Made by a program: the position numbers and the translations under genes
In this document: positions 29,347 to 40,373 of the stretch, in pieces
Position numbering within the stretch: position 1 is the first letter of the stretch
Layout of the letters: each line of letters opens with the position of its first letter
Notes under the pieces: generated by a model
Databases searched by the model: none
Told to the model about the DNA's origin: nothing
The model's input: only the letters and a program-made list of their open reading frames with translations
Assembly (NCBI GenBank): GCA_016186915.1
Contig: JACPKU010000004.1
Span: 67,168 to 131,167, forward strand
Length of the DNA stretch: 64,000 bases
Source: Candidatus Doudnabacteria bacterium
GTDB taxonomy: Bacteria > Patescibacteriota > Doudnabacteria > UBA920 > O2-02-FULL-48-8
Direction: 5' to 3'

Positions 29347-29760
29347 ATGACACATTTAGTAAGATGGACGCCATTTCGGGAATTGGATCGTTGGTTTGAG
29401 GATGACTTCTTCTCTCCCATGACCCGTATGTTCAGTCCAGCGGTCAATCTTTATGAGACTGACAATGAAGTCGTGGCCGAAGTAAGCATTCCCGGCATAG
29501 ATCCCAAAAAAGTGAACGTGGAAATTGAGAACAACGTGCTCCATATCCGAGGAGAAGAAACGGTTGAACAAGAAGACAAGGGCAAGGATTATTTCCGCAA
29601 GGAGATCCGGTCCGGCATGTTTGCCCGTTCTCTGCAGCTGCCGGAGGAAGTAGAAGCAGACAAAATTTCTGCGACTTCTGAAAAAGGCATCCTGAAGATC
29701 ATAATGCCGAAAAGCGAAAAAGCAAAACCTAAAAAGGTTGCGATAGAAGTTAAGGAATAA
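29347..29760 (+). CDS. Hsp20/alpha-crystallin small heat-shock protein
   Basis: 'PAVNLYET', 'IPGI', 'G.FARSLQLP', 'GILKIIMPK'. Confidence 0.92.
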   Translation: MTHLVRWTPFRELDRWFEDDFFSPMTRMFSPAVNLYETDNEVVAEVSIPGIDPKKVNVEIENNVLHIRGEETVEQEDKGKDYFRKEIRSGMFARSLQLPEEVEADKISATSEKGILKIIMPKSEKAKPKKVAIEVKE

Positions 29761-29794
29761 AAAAACAGGCCGTGAGGGTGGTTAATTCACACCC

Positions 29795-30115
29795 TCACGG
29801 CAAGACAGCAGACCGTTTTGCCTCTTGGATATAAGGCAGGGTAAATCCTAGGGCAATCAGCTGCATACCCACATAGACGTACAAGGACAAAAGTCCTTGG
29901 CAGCTCCAGATCCACGGCTCTCCTTCTGCCAGCATCAGCCAATTAAGACTGAAGCAAAACAACGTGATTCCTGAAACCACCATGGCCATGCAAGTCACAG
30001 GCGGGAGCCGAGGCGCTTGCCGCACAGACCGAAGGTAGCAGATGATCAAGGTGAGGGCGAGGGCGAGGTTAAACAAAAAGGTTCTGCCGCCGAGCAGTTC
30101 AAGTATCAACAGCAT
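29795..30115 (-). CDS. Hypothetical membrane protein inserted antisense in the dnaK operon
   Basis: AAGGAGG SD, three hydrophobic segments, hairpin over the stop codon. Confidence 0.6.
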   Translation of the reverse strand: MLLILELLGGRTFLFNLALALTLIICYLRSVRQAPRLPPVTCMAMVVSGITLFCFSLNWLMLAEGEPWIWSCQGLLSLYVYVGMQLIALGFTLPYIQEAKRSAVLP

Positions 30116-30214
30116 GTCTCCCTCCTTATAGGTTAATCCTATTTTAGATTATTACTTAACTTAAGTCTATAAGATTATAGATTTAAGTTAATCAGTAATT
30201 AAAAGGATCAAAAT

Positions 30215-32038
30215 ATGGCAAAAATTATAGGTATTGATTTAGGCACTTCGAACAGTGCGGCGGCCGTGGTGGAGGCTGGCACTGCCATCATTATTCCCTC
30301 GGCAGAAGGGCAGACTGTGGCTGGCAAGGCTTTTCCGTCTTATGTAGCCTTTACTAAAGACGGCCAACTTTTGGTGGGCGAACCAGCCCGCAGGCAGGCG
30401 GTGACCAATCCTGATGGGACCGCGTTTGAATTCAAGCGCAAAATGGGCACGGCGGAAAAATATAAATTAAGTGGCAAAGAATACACGCCAGAACAGCTCT
30501 CTGCGTTCTTGCTGCAAAAAATTAAAAAAGATGCGGAAGCCTTTTTGGGCCAACCGATCAGTAAAGCCGTGATCACGGTGCCGGCTTATTTTGACGACAG
30601 CCAAAGACAGGCCACGAAAAATGCCGGCGAAATCGCGGGACTGGAAGTAGTGCGGGTAATCAATGAACCAACGGCCGCGGCCTTTGCCTATGGCATTGAC
30701 AAGAGCCATCAGGAACAAAAGATCCTAGTATTTGATTTGGGTGGCGGAACTTTGGACGTGACGATTATGGACTTTGGCGAAGCAGACGGCCAAGCGACTT
30801 TCGAAGTTTTGGCCACTTCGGGTGACACGAAGTTGGGGGGGAAGGATATGGATCAAGCGTTGATTGACTATGTCGTTTCGGAATTCAAGCGCGAATCCGG
30901 GGTGGATTTGAGTCAGGATAAAATGGCAATGAACCGGGTCCGCGAAGCAGTGGAGAAAGCCAAGATCGAGCTGTCCACCACTTTGGAAACCGATCTGAAC
31001 CTGCCGTTTATTTCTGCAGATCAGTCAGGCCCGAAGCACCTGAATATGAAAATTACCCGGTCCAAACTGGAAGAGCTGGTCAAGCCGGTGATTGAGAAAA
31101 TGAAGCAGCCAGTGGGGCAGGCTTTGGGTGATGCCAAACTCACAGCCAGTCAGATTGGCAAGATTATTTTAGTCGGCGGTCCGACTCGCATGCCAATTGT
31201 TCAGAAATTTGTCGAGGAATTTATCGGTAAGCAGGTGGAGCGCGGGATTGACCCGATGGAAGCAGTGGCTAAAGGGGCAGCCATCCAAGCCGGAGTGTTG
31301 TCGGGCGATGTTTCCGGCAAAGAGATTTTACTCTTGGACGTTACTCCTTTAACTTTAGGTATTGAAACTTTGGGGAGTGTGGCCACCCCGCTGATTGAGC
31401 GCAACACCACCATCCCAACCTCCAAATCCCAAGTGTTTTCTACGGCCGCTGATAACCAGACTTCTGTGGAGATCCACGTGGTGCAAGGAGAGCGTTCAAT
31501 GGTGGCAGATAATAAATCTCTGGGTCGTTTCCACCTCGATGGTGTCCCACCGGCTCCCCGAGGTGTACCGCAGATTGAGGTCACTTTCGATATCGACGCC
31601 AATGGGATTTTGAAAGTCACGGCCAAAGACAAAGCTTCGGGCAAATCCCAAAATATTACCATCACTGGGTCCAGCAATTTATCCAAAGAAGAAGTGGAGA
31701 GGATGAAGAAGGAAGCAGAAGCACACGCGCAAGAAGACAGGAAAAACAAGGAAGTGGTGGATACCAGAAACCAAGCGGATACTTTGATTGCGGTGAGTGA
31801 GCGGACTTTGAAAGATGCCGGTGAGAAAGTCCAGGACGTGGATAAAAAGAACGTCACTGAAAAGATTGAGGCCTTGAAGACGGTCAAAGACAAGCCGGAA
31901 TTAGAGCCGATTAAAAAGGCGATGGATGAGCTGTCCCAAGCCATTCAGAAGGTCGGGGCGGCGATGTATGAAAATCAGAAAACAGAGAAAGGGCCCGTGG
32001 ACGCGGAGTTCAAAGACGTCAAAGAAGAAAAGAAATAA
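30215..32038 (+). CDS. dnaK: Chaperone DnaK
   Basis: 'GIDLGTSNS', 'INEPTAAA', 'DLGGGT', 'LLDVTPL'. Confidence 0.98.
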   Translation: MAKIIGIDLGTSNSAAAVVEAGTAIIIPSAEGQTVAGKAFPSYVAFTKDGQLLVGEPARRQAVTNPDGTAFEFKRKMGTAEKYKLSGKEYTPEQLSAFLLQKIKKDAEAFLGQPISKAVITVPAYFDDSQRQATKNAGEIAGLEVVRVINEPTAAAFAYGIDKSHQEQKILVFDLGGGTLDVTIMDFGEADGQATFEVLATSGDTKLGGKDMDQALIDYVVSEFKRESGVDLSQDKMAMNRVREAVEKAKIELSTTLETDLNLPFISADQSGPKHLNMKITRSKLEELVKPVIEKMKQPVGQALGDAKLTASQIGKIILVGGPTRMPIVQKFVEEFIGKQVERGIDPMEAVAKGAAIQAGVLSGDVSGKEILLLDVTPLTLGIETLGSVATPLIERNTTIPTSKSQVFSTAADNQTSVEIHVVQGERSMVADNKSLGRFHLDGVPPAPRGVPQIEVTFDIDANGILKVTAKDKASGKSQNITITGSSNLSKEEVERMKKEAEAHAQEDRKNKEVVDTRNQADTLIAVSERTLKDAGEKVQDVDKKNVTEKIEALKTVKDKPELEPIKKAMDELSQAIQKVGAAMYENQKTEKGPVDAEFKDVKEEKK

Positions 32039-32153
32039 TTAACGCGATCCGAATATACAAATAAGCATCCGAATGATCCGAATTTAAGAGTTAGTCTATT
32101 CGTGGCATTCGTGTGTCCCATTCGTAATTTCGTCTCGCTATAAACTAAAGCTT

Positions 32154-32450
32154 ATGCCAAGTAATCAAAACATCAATGTCAAAATTCCCGACGACGTGCT
32201 GAAAGGGAGTTACGCCAACAATATGCTGGTGTCGCACAGCAAAGAGGAATTTATCATAGATTTCATTAATGTGTCTATGTTTCCGCCTCCAGGGCAAGGC
32301 ATTGCCACGGCCAAGATCATCACCAGTCCGGGGCACATGAAGAGGATTGTCTCAGCACTGACAGAAAATCTCAAAAAATACGAAGATCAGTTCGGCAAGA
32401 TTGAACAAGCCCAAGCCCCAGGCAGTTCAGAGATGGGTTTTAGGACATAA
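32154..32450 (+). CDS. DUF3467 family protein
   Basis: 'GSYAN...HSKEEFIIDF...SPGHMKR...YEDQFGKI'. Confidence 0.85.
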   Translation: MPSNQNINVKIPDDVLKGSYANNMLVSHSKEEFIIDFINVSMFPPPGQGIATAKIITSPGHMKRIVSALTENLKKYEDQFGKIEQAQAPGSSEMGFRT

Positions 32451-32459
32451 AAAAGACTA

Positions 32460-33425
32460 ATGACAGAAAAGAACCAACACAGAATTTTTCCCGAGGGTTG
32501 GAATTTGCCTTATTCCAATCCTGCGTACACAGTTAAAATTATCAGTCTGGCTATAGCCACGACTGTGTTACTGACGCTAGACTGGTGGCTGATTAATCTG
32601 GCCTTAAACACCAATCAGGCTTTGGATTTTTGGATCTGGCCAGTAGCGGTCACCATGCTTTGGATTATTGCCTTGAGTTTTTTCTCTCTGACTAATCGTA
32701 ATCGGCCATTGTATGCGCTGGTAAACCTCATCCCCTTTCTCGCCTATTTGTTCATCATGCCCAATGATCTTTTGGTGATCGCGGGCGGTGCTCTGTTCAT
32801 TCCTTTGGCAATGTGGTTTCAAGCCAGAATCCGTACGGAAGAGAAAAACTACCTACATTTTTCCATTGTCAGGATCCTCAACAGTGGCATCGGGATTATG
32901 ATTTACGCCTTGCTGATTGTCTTGGGGTTCAATATTTATTTCACCACTAACCAGGATTTTAAAAATAACCCAGATGCTTATTACGATCGGTTAGGCGCTT
33001 CTGCTTTGAAAAGCATCCGTTTGGGGTCTGGCTTGGCAGAGGACGATGGTCAATTCGATTTAAATCAAACCCTGGATGACTATTTGGCTAGACAAATAAA
33101 CTCTCAGGATTTGAAACAGTTTGATTTAAGCCAGGCCAGAGAGGAGATTTTGCGCAATCTAAATGTTTCCGCTGTCGGCAGTGAAACGTTGGCAGAGGTA
33201 TTAAGTAAGGTGGTCGTTGATCAAATGAAAGAACTAGTATCTAAGTATGACAAATTTTTTCCTTTAATCTTTACTTTGATTGTCATTGCTCTGCTTCGTA
33301 TGTTTGCCTTTTTGTTCAAATGGACAAGTTTGTTGGTCATGTGGCTTTTATATAAAGTTCTGTTAGGATTTGGTTTTTTAAAACTCACTAAAGTTGTAGT
33401 GGAAGTGGAGCAATTGGAAATTTAA
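32460..33425 (+). CDS. Hypothetical multi-pass membrane protein
   Basis: Six to seven hydrophobic segments. Confidence 0.8.
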   Translation: MTEKNQHRIFPEGWNLPYSNPAYTVKIISLAIATTVLLTLDWWLINLALNTNQALDFWIWPVAVTMLWIIALSFFSLTNRNRPLYALVNLIPFLAYLFIMPNDLLVIAGGALFIPLAMWFQARIRTEEKNYLHFSIVRILNSGIGIMIYALLIVLGFNIYFTTNQDFKNNPDAYYDRLGASALKSIRLGSGLAEDDGQFDLNQTLDDYLARQINSQDLKQFDLSQAREEILRNLNVSAVGSETLAEVLSKVVVDQMKELVSKYDKFFPLIFTLIVIALLRMFAFLFKWTSLLVMWLLYKVLLGFGFLKLTKVVVEVEQLEI

Positions 33426-33428
33426 TTT

Positions 33429-34613
33429 ATGGCTGAGGACTATTATTCAATTTTGGGTGTTGCCAAAACCGCAACCGCAGAAGAGATTAAGAAAGCTTAC
33501 AGAAAATTGGCACACAAGCATCATCCGGACAAAGGTCAAGGCGGGGATCCTGAAAAATTCAAACAGGCCAGTGAAGCTTATCAGGTTTTATCCAACGCAG
33601 AGACGCGGGGCCAGTATGACCAGTTTGGCACGACTTTCGAACAGGCTCGCAGGCAAGGTTACGGTGGTTTTTCCGCCAAAGGCGGACCAGCCTCTGGCTG
33701 GGATTTTTCTGATTTTATGCGCGGCTTCGATTTTGGCGATTTTTCCGCCGGAGGCGGATCCGCCTTTGGCGGAGAAGATGCCTTTGATATTTTTTCCGGG
33801 ATTTTTGGCGGCCAAGCTACGGGCAGACGACCGCGCAGAGCGCGGGGCGTGGATCTGGAGATGGAGCTGGATATTACTTTTGACGAGGCAGTATTTGGCG
33901 TGGCAAAAAAGATTAAGCTTGAAAAAAAAGACAAATGCTCCGCTTGCGAAGGGTCTGGAGCAAGGCCTGGGAGCAAGATTGTTACTTGTGCCAGATGTCA
34001 CGGCACCGGACAAATCCGAACGCATCGTCGAACAATTCTTGGACAAATTGCCCAAGTCAGTGTATGTGACCAATGCGATGGCAGCGGCAAGGTGGCCGAA
34101 GAAGCATGTCAGGAGTGTGACGGGAGCGGCATAGTCAGAAAAGAGAAAACACTGGAGGTGAAAATTCCGGCTGGGGTGGATAATGGTACCAGAATCAGAA
34201 TCAGCAACGAGGGCGAGGCTGGATACAAAGGGTCAAGTCCCGGCGATTTGTATTTACGGCTTAATGTGGCGCCGCATCCGGAATTCAAACGGGAAGGCCA
34301 AGATATCTATTTGGAAATTCCCATCAGTTTTTACCAGGCCGCGCTTGGCACCACCATTGAGGTGCCAACCATTGATGGCAGAGTTAGTTTGAAGATCCCG
34401 GCCGGCACGCAATCCGGCAAGGTTTTCCGGCTGAAAAATAAAGGAGTGGTAAAAGTGAACGGGTCTTCTCGCGGCGAGCAATATGTAACGGCCAATGTCG
34501 TTACCCCGGCCAAGCTTACCAAGAAAGAAAAAGAATTGTTCAAACAACTGGCAGAAGAAAACGGCGAGACTGTCGACGTGGATGAGAGTCTCTGGTCTAA
34601 ATTCACAAGCTAA
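33429..34613 (+). CDS. dnaJ: Chaperone DnaJ with two palindrome-derived inserts in the G/F region
   Basis: HPD motif, four CxxCxGxG repeats. Confidence 0.97.
   Translation: MAEDYYSILGVAKTATAEEIKKAYRKLAHKHHPDKGQGGDPEKFKQASEAYQVLSNAETRGQYDQFGTTFEQARRQGYGGFSAKGGPASGWDFSDFMRGFDFGDFSAGGGSAFGGEDAFDIFSGIFGGQATGRRPRRARGVDLEMELDITFDEAVFGVAKKIKLEKKDKCSACEGSGARPGSKIVTCARCHGTGQIRTHRRTILGQIAQVSVCDQCDGSGKVAEEACQECDGSGIVRKEKTLEVKIPAGVDNGTRIRISNEGEAGYKGSSPGDLYLRLNVAPHPEFKREGQDIYLEIPISFYQAALGTTIEVPTIDGRVSLKIPAGTQSGKVFRLKNKGVVKVNGSSRGEQYVTANVVTPAKLTKKEKELFKQLAEENGETVDVDESLWSKFTS
33672..33773 (+). repeat. Two 30-nt double-hairpin elements in-frame in dnaJ (33672-33701, 33744-33773)
   Basis: Encode [10 protein letters not shown] and [10 protein letters not shown]. 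Confidence 0.85.
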
Positions 34614-34738
34614 ACGTATGTTCTCCCTCTGGCCCGATTTGGGATCTAAATTTTTAGTTGAGCATTTTCAGCGATCGCTGATTTTATTCAATATGATGTT
34701 ATCAGGTAAAAAAAGAGACCTGAGGTCGCAAGGCATCC

Positions 34739-35104
34739 TCAGGCTTGAGCAGGTACATTTGTGTGCACTTCATACGTTTCCTCTGTCGGTGCTGGGCCTG
34801 CAAGTTGCGTGACCAACTCTCCGACACTTATTCCCGGCCTTATCAGGACGGGTTGCGCTTTCCCTTGGAAGGTTACGATCAGGAAACGGTAAGTGCCAGT
34901 GCCGATTGAGCGACCGAGTTGGCCGAGGTCAGTTAGCGTCTCGTTGAGAGTAAGCGCCGAAGGAAGGTGAGCGAGCACTGCCTCTAAGGCAGCTCGCGCT
35001 CCTTCTCGATCAGCCAGTCTTTGCAGCTTGGCTTGTTCCCTGAATATGTCGATAGGCCGCCGACCGTCTGGGCCAGGCAGGTAGAGGTCCGAGTAGTGAG
35101 GCAT
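34739..35104 (-). CDS. Hypothetical protein (GC-rich, SD-led)
   Basis: AAGGAGG SD; hairpin over the stop codon. Confidence 0.6.
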   Translation of the reverse strand: MPHYSDLYLPGPDGRRPIDIFREQAKLQRLADREGARAALEAVLAHLPSALTLNETLTDLGQLGRSIGTGTYRFLIVTFQGKAQPVLIRPGISVGELVTQLAGPAPTEETYEVHTNVPAQA

Positions 35105-35274
35105 GTTTCCTCCTTCAAACAGAAAACCGAGTTATCCGACTCGGTTCGAATCTTTAGTCAGTTTGTTCAGTTGTCGTAATTCATGCTGCATTTTGGTTAA
35201 TATTATTATTCTGTTTGGTGTTTGTCAAATTCGGTTTTCGAAAAATAAAAAACAGCGTAAGCTGTTTTTTATTT

Positions 35275-35351
35275 TGGTGGGTGCAGCAGGATTCGAACCT
35301 GCGACCCTCTGCTTAAAAGGCAGGTGCTCTACCAGGCTGAGCTATGCACCC
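35275..35351 (-). tRNA. tRNA-Lys(TTT)
   Basis: GGGTGCA...CCTGC-CTTTTAA-GCAGA...GTTCGAATC...TGCACCC-ACCA; terminator at about 35242-35275. Confidence 0.93.
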
Positions 35352-35586
35352 TAAATTATTATGGCTTGTTTATTATATATATTTTTTTGCTAACTTTCAA
35401 GAGAAAAAGAAAAGGCCATAGCGGAATGGAGATTCAGGGATTGAACCGTGATAGCACTATAGGTGCATGACGTACCAATTGGGACTTTTATTAAAGATGA
35501 CCTTGGAACAATGCTATTCCTAATCGCCAAATCCGCCTTTGTGAGCTTGGGCGGACAAGAGGGCGATTTTTTGGTATGATGGAGTT

Positions 35587-36459
35587 ATGTTAGAGCCTAA
35601 ATTGATTCAAATTAAAACCCAAGACAAGTTGATTCTGCCCGGGCTTCTGTTCGAAGCCAAGAAATCCCAAAAAATAGCTATCCACCTTCATGGCAATGGC
35701 AGTAGTTCAGTTTTTTATCATGATGATATCCGCCCAGAGAAGGCGGAGGCATTAGTAAGGAATGGGATTTCATTTTTTCAATTTAACAACCGAGGAGCGA
35801 ATTATATCAAAAAACTCAATTCGGCGCGTTTCGGCATGGCTTATGAAAAAATAAAAGAATGCATTCATGATATTGAAGCCGTGCTTGGAGCATTCAAAAG
35901 ATCCGGTTATAAAGAATTTTATCTCATCGGCGAATCAACTGGAGCCAATAAGATTTGTGTTTACGATTTTTATCGGACAAAAAATTTTGTTTCTAAATAT
36001 GTGCTTTTGGGCGGTGGCGATGATGTAGGAATTTATTATGACTTACTTAAGAAAAAGAAATTCAGCCGTTTATTAAGTGAAGCCAAGAAGAAAATCAGAG
36101 CAAGAAAAGGAGCAGAGATTATTTTAGAGCTTCTTCCAGATATAGTTTTTTCCTATCAAGGCTTTTACGACATCGCCAATCCTGATGGAGATTATAATAT
36201 ATTTCCTTTTTATGAGGTGATCAGAAAAGTTAAATTATCTAAGAAGCCCTTGTTCCGTCACTTCAAAGCTTTGAAAAAGTCGACCTTGGTGGTTTATGGC
36301 AGTGAAGACAAATACAATTGGGGAGATACATCCAGAGTCGTCCAAATTTTAAAAGAGCAAAGGCCTGATTTGGACTATAATATTATTAAAGGCGCGGACC
36401 ATAGTTTTTCTAAGCATCAAATTAAACTTTCTAAAATGATAGCAAAATTTTTGAGATGA
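35587..36459 (+). CDS. Alpha/beta hydrolase (DUF1749-like)
   Basis: 'HLHG', 'GESTG' nucleophile elbow, 'GADH'. Confidence 0.85.
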   Translation: MLEPKLIQIKTQDKLILPGLLFEAKKSQKIAIHLHGNGSSSVFYHDDIRPEKAEALVRNGISFFQFNNRGANYIKKLNSARFGMAYEKIKECIHDIEAVLGAFKRSGYKEFYLIGESTGANKICVYDFYRTKNFVSKYVLLGGGDDVGIYYDLLKKKKFSRLLSEAKKKIRARKGAEIILELLPDIVFSYQGFYDIANPDGDYNIFPFYEVIRKVKLSKKPLFRHFKALKKSTLVVYGSEDKYNWGDTSRVVQILKEQRPDLDYNIIKGADHSFSKHQIKLSKMIAKFLR

Positions 36460-36923
36460 GGATTTTGAGTGAGACGAGGAGAGAAGAATTGGTGAAACAG
36501 TTCGGCAGCCACCGAGATTTTAAGTATTTTGGCAAGTCTTACAAACACTGTTATTTGGCGGCTTTGACTAAAGAAGAATACGAAAATTTGGGTATGAATT
36601 CTTCCCCGGAAAATCCTTTTCCAGAAAAAGGGTATTTTCCGAAAATGAAGGAAAGTGTGGCGCAGTTTCTGCAGCATCCCAAATATCTGGAAAAGTCTCA
36701 TCCGGATCGCGGCATCAGCGGCATCACGGTTAAAAGATATTTGCAAGAATTTCAAAAGGGATTAAAGCTTCGAGATTGTTTTATCACTGACGATGTGCCA
36801 GCCAACGCTTATTATATTTGCGAAGGCATGCACCGACTGACTGCTTATGGAGTGTTTAAGGAGTTGGATATAAAGGATTACGATGTGCAAGTTTATTATC
36901 ATACTAATAAAAATTTTAATTAA
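36456..36923 (+). CDS. Hypothetical protein with a ParB/Srx-like 'EGMHRL' motif
   Basis: Overlaps the upstream stop (ATGA). Confidence 0.65.
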   Translation: MRILSETRREELVKQFGSHRDFKYFGKSYKHCYLAALTKEEYENLGMNSSPENPFPEKGYFPKMKESVAQFLQHPKYLEKSHPDRGISGITVKRYLQEFQKGLKLRDCFITDDVPANAYYICEGMHRLTAYGVFKELDIKDYDVQVYYHTNKNFN

Positions 36924-37020
36924 GCAAGACAACTACCCACCTATCGCTCAATAGTTGTCTAACAGAACCTTGACTGGTTGTCTGTTTAATGATACATTAG
37001 GCTGCTTAATACCACCATCT

Positions 37021-37740
37021 ATGAAAATTGTGGAACTCAATCAACTAAATAAGATTTACAATCCCGGCAAAGAGAATGAGCTGGTGGCTTTGAAAGACAT
37101 CAACCTGACCATTTGGGAAGGTGATTTCGTGGCTATTATGGGGCCTTCGGGCAGCGGCAAATCCACGCTCATGAATATTATCGGGCTGCTGGATTTGCCC
37201 ACCCAGGGTGAATATTTATTCAAAGGGCAAAAGGTTCAGGAGTTAAAACAAGAGGAGTTAGCCCGGCTGCGCTCGGACGAATTGGGCTTTGTATTTCAAA
37301 ATTTTAATTTACTGTCCAGAACCACGGTCTTTGAAAACGTCAGTTTGCCGCTTCTTTACAACCAAGCCAAATCCAACGAAGACGTGGGCCGGGTACTTAC
37401 TGAAGTGGGGTTGGCGGATAAAATAGCCAGCAAACCTAACCAACTTTCCGGCGGGCAAATGCAGCGCGTGGCCATCGCCCGAGCCTTGATCAATCGCCCC
37501 AGTCTGATCTTAGCTGATGAACCCACTGGCAATTTGGACTCCAAAACGGGTTTGGAGATTATGCGACTACTTTCCGAATTTAACGAACAGGGGCAAACCG
37601 TGATTATGGTGACGCATGACCGCAACATTGCCAATTTCGCGCACCGCATTATTCATTTGACTGACGGACAGATTGTCCGGGAGGAACAGCGCATCCACAT
37701 CAATTTCCACAAGCACTACGTTTCTTATGAATCCCGTTAG
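37021..37740 (+). CDS. ABC transporter ATP-binding protein (MacB/LolD-like)
   Basis: 'GPSGSGKST', 'LSGGQ', 'ADEPTGNLD'. Confidence 0.93.
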   Translation: MKIVELNQLNKIYNPGKENELVALKDINLTIWEGDFVAIMGPSGSGKSTLMNIIGLLDLPTQGEYLFKGQKVQELKQEELARLRSDELGFVFQNFNLLSRTTVFENVSLPLLYNQAKSNEDVGRVLTEVGLADKIASKPNQLSGGQMQRVAIARALINRPSLILADEPTGNLDSKTGLEIMRLLSEFNEQGQTVIMVTHDRNIANFAHRIIHLTDGQIVREEQRIHINFHKHYVSYESR

Positions 37741-37852
37741 AAATAGATATACCCCTGGTTTTAACAATGCCAATATGCAAAAAGACTTAGTTAAAATTAA
37801 TCGCCTCTTGCTTTATTTCTGTTTGGGCGCAAGCAATTTCTAACGGGATGAA
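37732..37852 (-). mobile_element. TTCA-tagged inverted-repeat element supplying the upstream stop and the downstream start
   Basis: ATGAA-TCCCGTTAGAAAT...ATTTCTAACGGG-ATGAA. Confidence 0.75.
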
Positions 37853-39059
37853 CCCTCAAGACTATCTTAAATTAGCGGCCACGAGCTTGCTGACCAATAA
37901 AATCCGTTCCAGCTTGACCATGTTGGGCGTGATTATCGGCGTGTTTTCGGTCATCACTTTTTTAGCCATTGGCGAAGGGTTGCGCGCGGAAATTTCCGGC
38001 CAGTTTGAGCAGCTGGGCAGCAATTTGCTGATTGTGCTGCCGGGCAAAGTGGAAGGCCTTGAATCTTTCACCGGCACGATTGGCGCCTCCACTTTGAGTT
38101 TAAAAGACTTGGAGACCATCAAAACGCAAAGTCCTTTGACCGAGTCCGCCTCGCCCGTGATGTTAGTATCCGGCGTGATTACGGTCGCGGGCGAAACTGT
38201 CACTGGCCCGTTTGTGGTGGGCACAGATGAAGCGCAGGATGATATCCAGAAAATGGAGCTGGCCGCCGGCAGTTTTTTTTCAGCCGCGCAAGTAGCAAAC
38301 CAAGCCCGAGTCATGGTGTTAGGCCATAACGCGGAAACCCGGATGTTTGGTGAAACCAATAATGTCGTGGGCAGACGAGTGAGCATCTTGGGCCAAGAAT
38401 TTGAAATTATCGGCTTGGTGAAAAAATCAGAAAGCGCGTTCACTTTCGGGGACTCGTTTGATAATTTAGTGTATATCCCTATCACTACGGCCCAAACCCT
38501 TACCAATTCCGCCCAAGTGGCCCGGATCATGGTAAAAGTCCGGGATCCGGAAAAAGTGGATGAGGCGAGGGAGGAACTTACCAAGCTGGTGCGGTTAAAC
38601 CATGGCGGTTCCGATGATTTCACCGTGCTCAAACAGGAAGAAGTCTTGGAGATCTTTAATGATGTGTTTGGTCAGCTGACGCTGGCTGTTTCCGGCATTG
38701 GCGCTATCTCATTGTTTGTCGCCGGCATTGGCATTATGAATATTATGTTTGTGTCCGTGACCGAACGGACGCGCGAGATTGGCCTGCGGAAAGCGGTGGG
38801 TGCGACCAACAACAATATCTTGATGCAATTTTTGGCTGAAGCCTCCCTGTTGTCTTTATTGGGCGGAGGTTTGGGCGTGTTGTTGGCTTTTATTTTGACC
38901 GTGATTTTGAAAAGCAGTGTGGGGTTGCCGGCGACAGTGACTTGGCAAGCCGTGTTGTTGGCGGCGGGGATTTCCATTGCCGTGGGGGTCATCTTCGGCA
39001 TCGTGCCAGCCATTCGGGCCGCCAGAAAAAACCCGATCGACGCGCTGCGTTATGAGTAA
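37848..39059 (+). CDS. ABC transporter permease (MacB/FtsX-like)
   Basis: 'RSSLTMLGVIIGV', 'VTERTREIGLRKAVGA', 'PIDALRYE'. Confidence 0.93.
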   Translation: MNPQDYLKLAATSLLTNKIRSSLTMLGVIIGVFSVITFLAIGEGLRAEISGQFEQLGSNLLIVLPGKVEGLESFTGTIGASTLSLKDLETIKTQSPLTESASPVMLVSGVITVAGETVTGPFVVGTDEAQDDIQKMELAAGSFFSAAQVANQARVMVLGHNAETRMFGETNNVVGRRVSILGQEFEIIGLVKKSESAFTFGDSFDNLVYIPITTAQTLTNSAQVARIMVKVRDPEKVDEAREELTKLVRLNHGGSDDFTVLKQEEVLEIFNDVFGQLTLAVSGIGAISLFVAGIGIMNIMFVSVTERTREIGLRKAVGATNNNILMQFLAEASLLSLLGGGLGVLLAFILTVILKSSVGLPATVTWQAVLLAAGISIAVGVIFGIVPAIRAARKNPIDALRYE

Positions 39060-39128
39060 TTCAAAATGCAAAAGTCAAAAGGCAAAATGACAAAGTAAAA
39101 TTTAAAATTACGCTCTTTGCATTTGTAA

Positions 39129-39620
39129 TTACAGTTTGATTTTTGATGCTTGATTTTTGATTTCTATAATCGTTCTTTTCACGGTATCATAAATCACAGG
39201 CAATTCCAGATAATCGATAAGGATGGCCAGCCAGGCCACGGCCGCGTGCCACTGAAAGATCCCTTCGTATTGCGTAAAATGCTCGATGACGACTTCATCC
39301 GTAATCCAGAGAATATGCAGCCATTGGATATTGATAAACAAAAGGTAAAGAAAATTTTTCGCAGTAAATTTTTCGCGCAAAAAGTGGAGGTATAATATAG
39401 AGGTGCTGATAATGGCCGGGATTTCGCTGTAATCAAGGAACGTAGAAACCGCGCCCCAAAAAGACGGGAACACGAAATAGCTGGTTCCGGTCAGACGAAG
39501 CAGAACTACGTCGGTAAACAGCCAATAAAGGTGGAAAATTTGAATAAAAAATAAAAGTGTGGTTGCAGTGAGCACCAGCGTATAATTATTTTGATACCAA
39601 GCCCAGAATTTTTGGAACAT
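39129..39620 (-). CDS. Hypothetical membrane protein
   Basis: Hydrophobic; conserved-looking 'HLYWL', 'HILWITDE', 'IDYLELPV'. Confidence 0.75.
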   Translation of the reverse strand: MFQKFWAWYQNNYTLVLTATTLLFFIQIFHLYWLFTDVVLLRLTGTSYFVFPSFWGAVSTFLDYSEIPAIISTSILYLHFLREKFTAKNFLYLLFINIQWLHILWITDEVVIEHFTQYEGIFQWHAAVAWLAILIDYLELPVIYDTVKRTIIEIKNQASKIKL

Positions 39621-39689
39621 CAAGTTTTTTAACAGATCGTCACTCCGCCTGAGGCGGATCGCGATGGTTATAACTAATATCATCATACC

Positions 39690-40373
39690 ATGAAAGAGCG
39701 TCTGCAAAAATTTATCTCCAATGCCGGCATAACTTCTCGCAGAAATGCGGAGAAATTGATTGTTGCTGGTAAAATTAAGGTAAACGGTCAGGTTGTCACT
39801 GAATTGGGGAGCAAGGTAGATCCAAGCGCGGACCAGGTGGAAGTAGAAGGCAAAAAAATTACACTGCAGAGAAAAATATATCTGGTATTGAACAAGCCGA
39901 AAAAATACGTCACCACCCGAAAAGATAAATTAAATCGCAAAACGGTTTATGATTTATTGCCGGCAATATATAGAAATCTCGTCTGGCCAGTGGGCAGACT
40001 AGATTATACTACTGAAGGGTTGCTAATTTTTACTAATGATGGAGAATTAACGCAAACACTCACCCACCCCTCAAAAGAGCACGAAAAAGAATACGAAGTA
40101 GTGTTGGACAAAGCCTTATCCGCTGGGCGTGCGGATAAAATCAGGAACGGAATGATGCTAGACGGCAAGAAAACTTCTCCGGCAAAACTGCAAGTAAACG
40201 GCAAAACCGTGCGTTTAACTATTCATGAAGGGTGGAATCGGCAGATCAAGCGGATGTTCGCAGCTTTCGGTTTGACAGTACGCAGCATTAAACGAATCCG
40301 AATTGGCAAATTACAATTATCTGGGTTAGAATTAGGACAAAGTAAAATAATTCAACGCAAGGATATAATTTAA
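39690..40373 (+). CDS. RNA pseudouridine synthase (RsuA/RluB family)
   Basis: S4 domain 'RLQK...SRR.AE', 'VGRLD', 'EGWNRQI'. Confidence 0.93.
   Translation: MKERLQKFISNAGITSRRNAEKLIVAGKIKVNGQVVTELGSKVDPSADQVEVEGKKITLQRKIYLVLNKPKKYVTTRKDKLNRKTVYDLLPAIYRNLVWPVGRLDYTTEGLLIFTNDGELTQTLTHPSKEHEKEYEVVLDKALSAGRADKIRNGMMLDGKKTSPAKLQVNGKTVRLTIHEGWNRQIKRMFAAFGLTVRSIKRIRIGKLQLSGLELGQSKIIQRKDII

Noticed and set aside
35400-35530. Gene remnant or ncRNA upstream of tRNA-Lys
   Set aside because: No recognisable frame or structure beyond the hairpin element at 35532.
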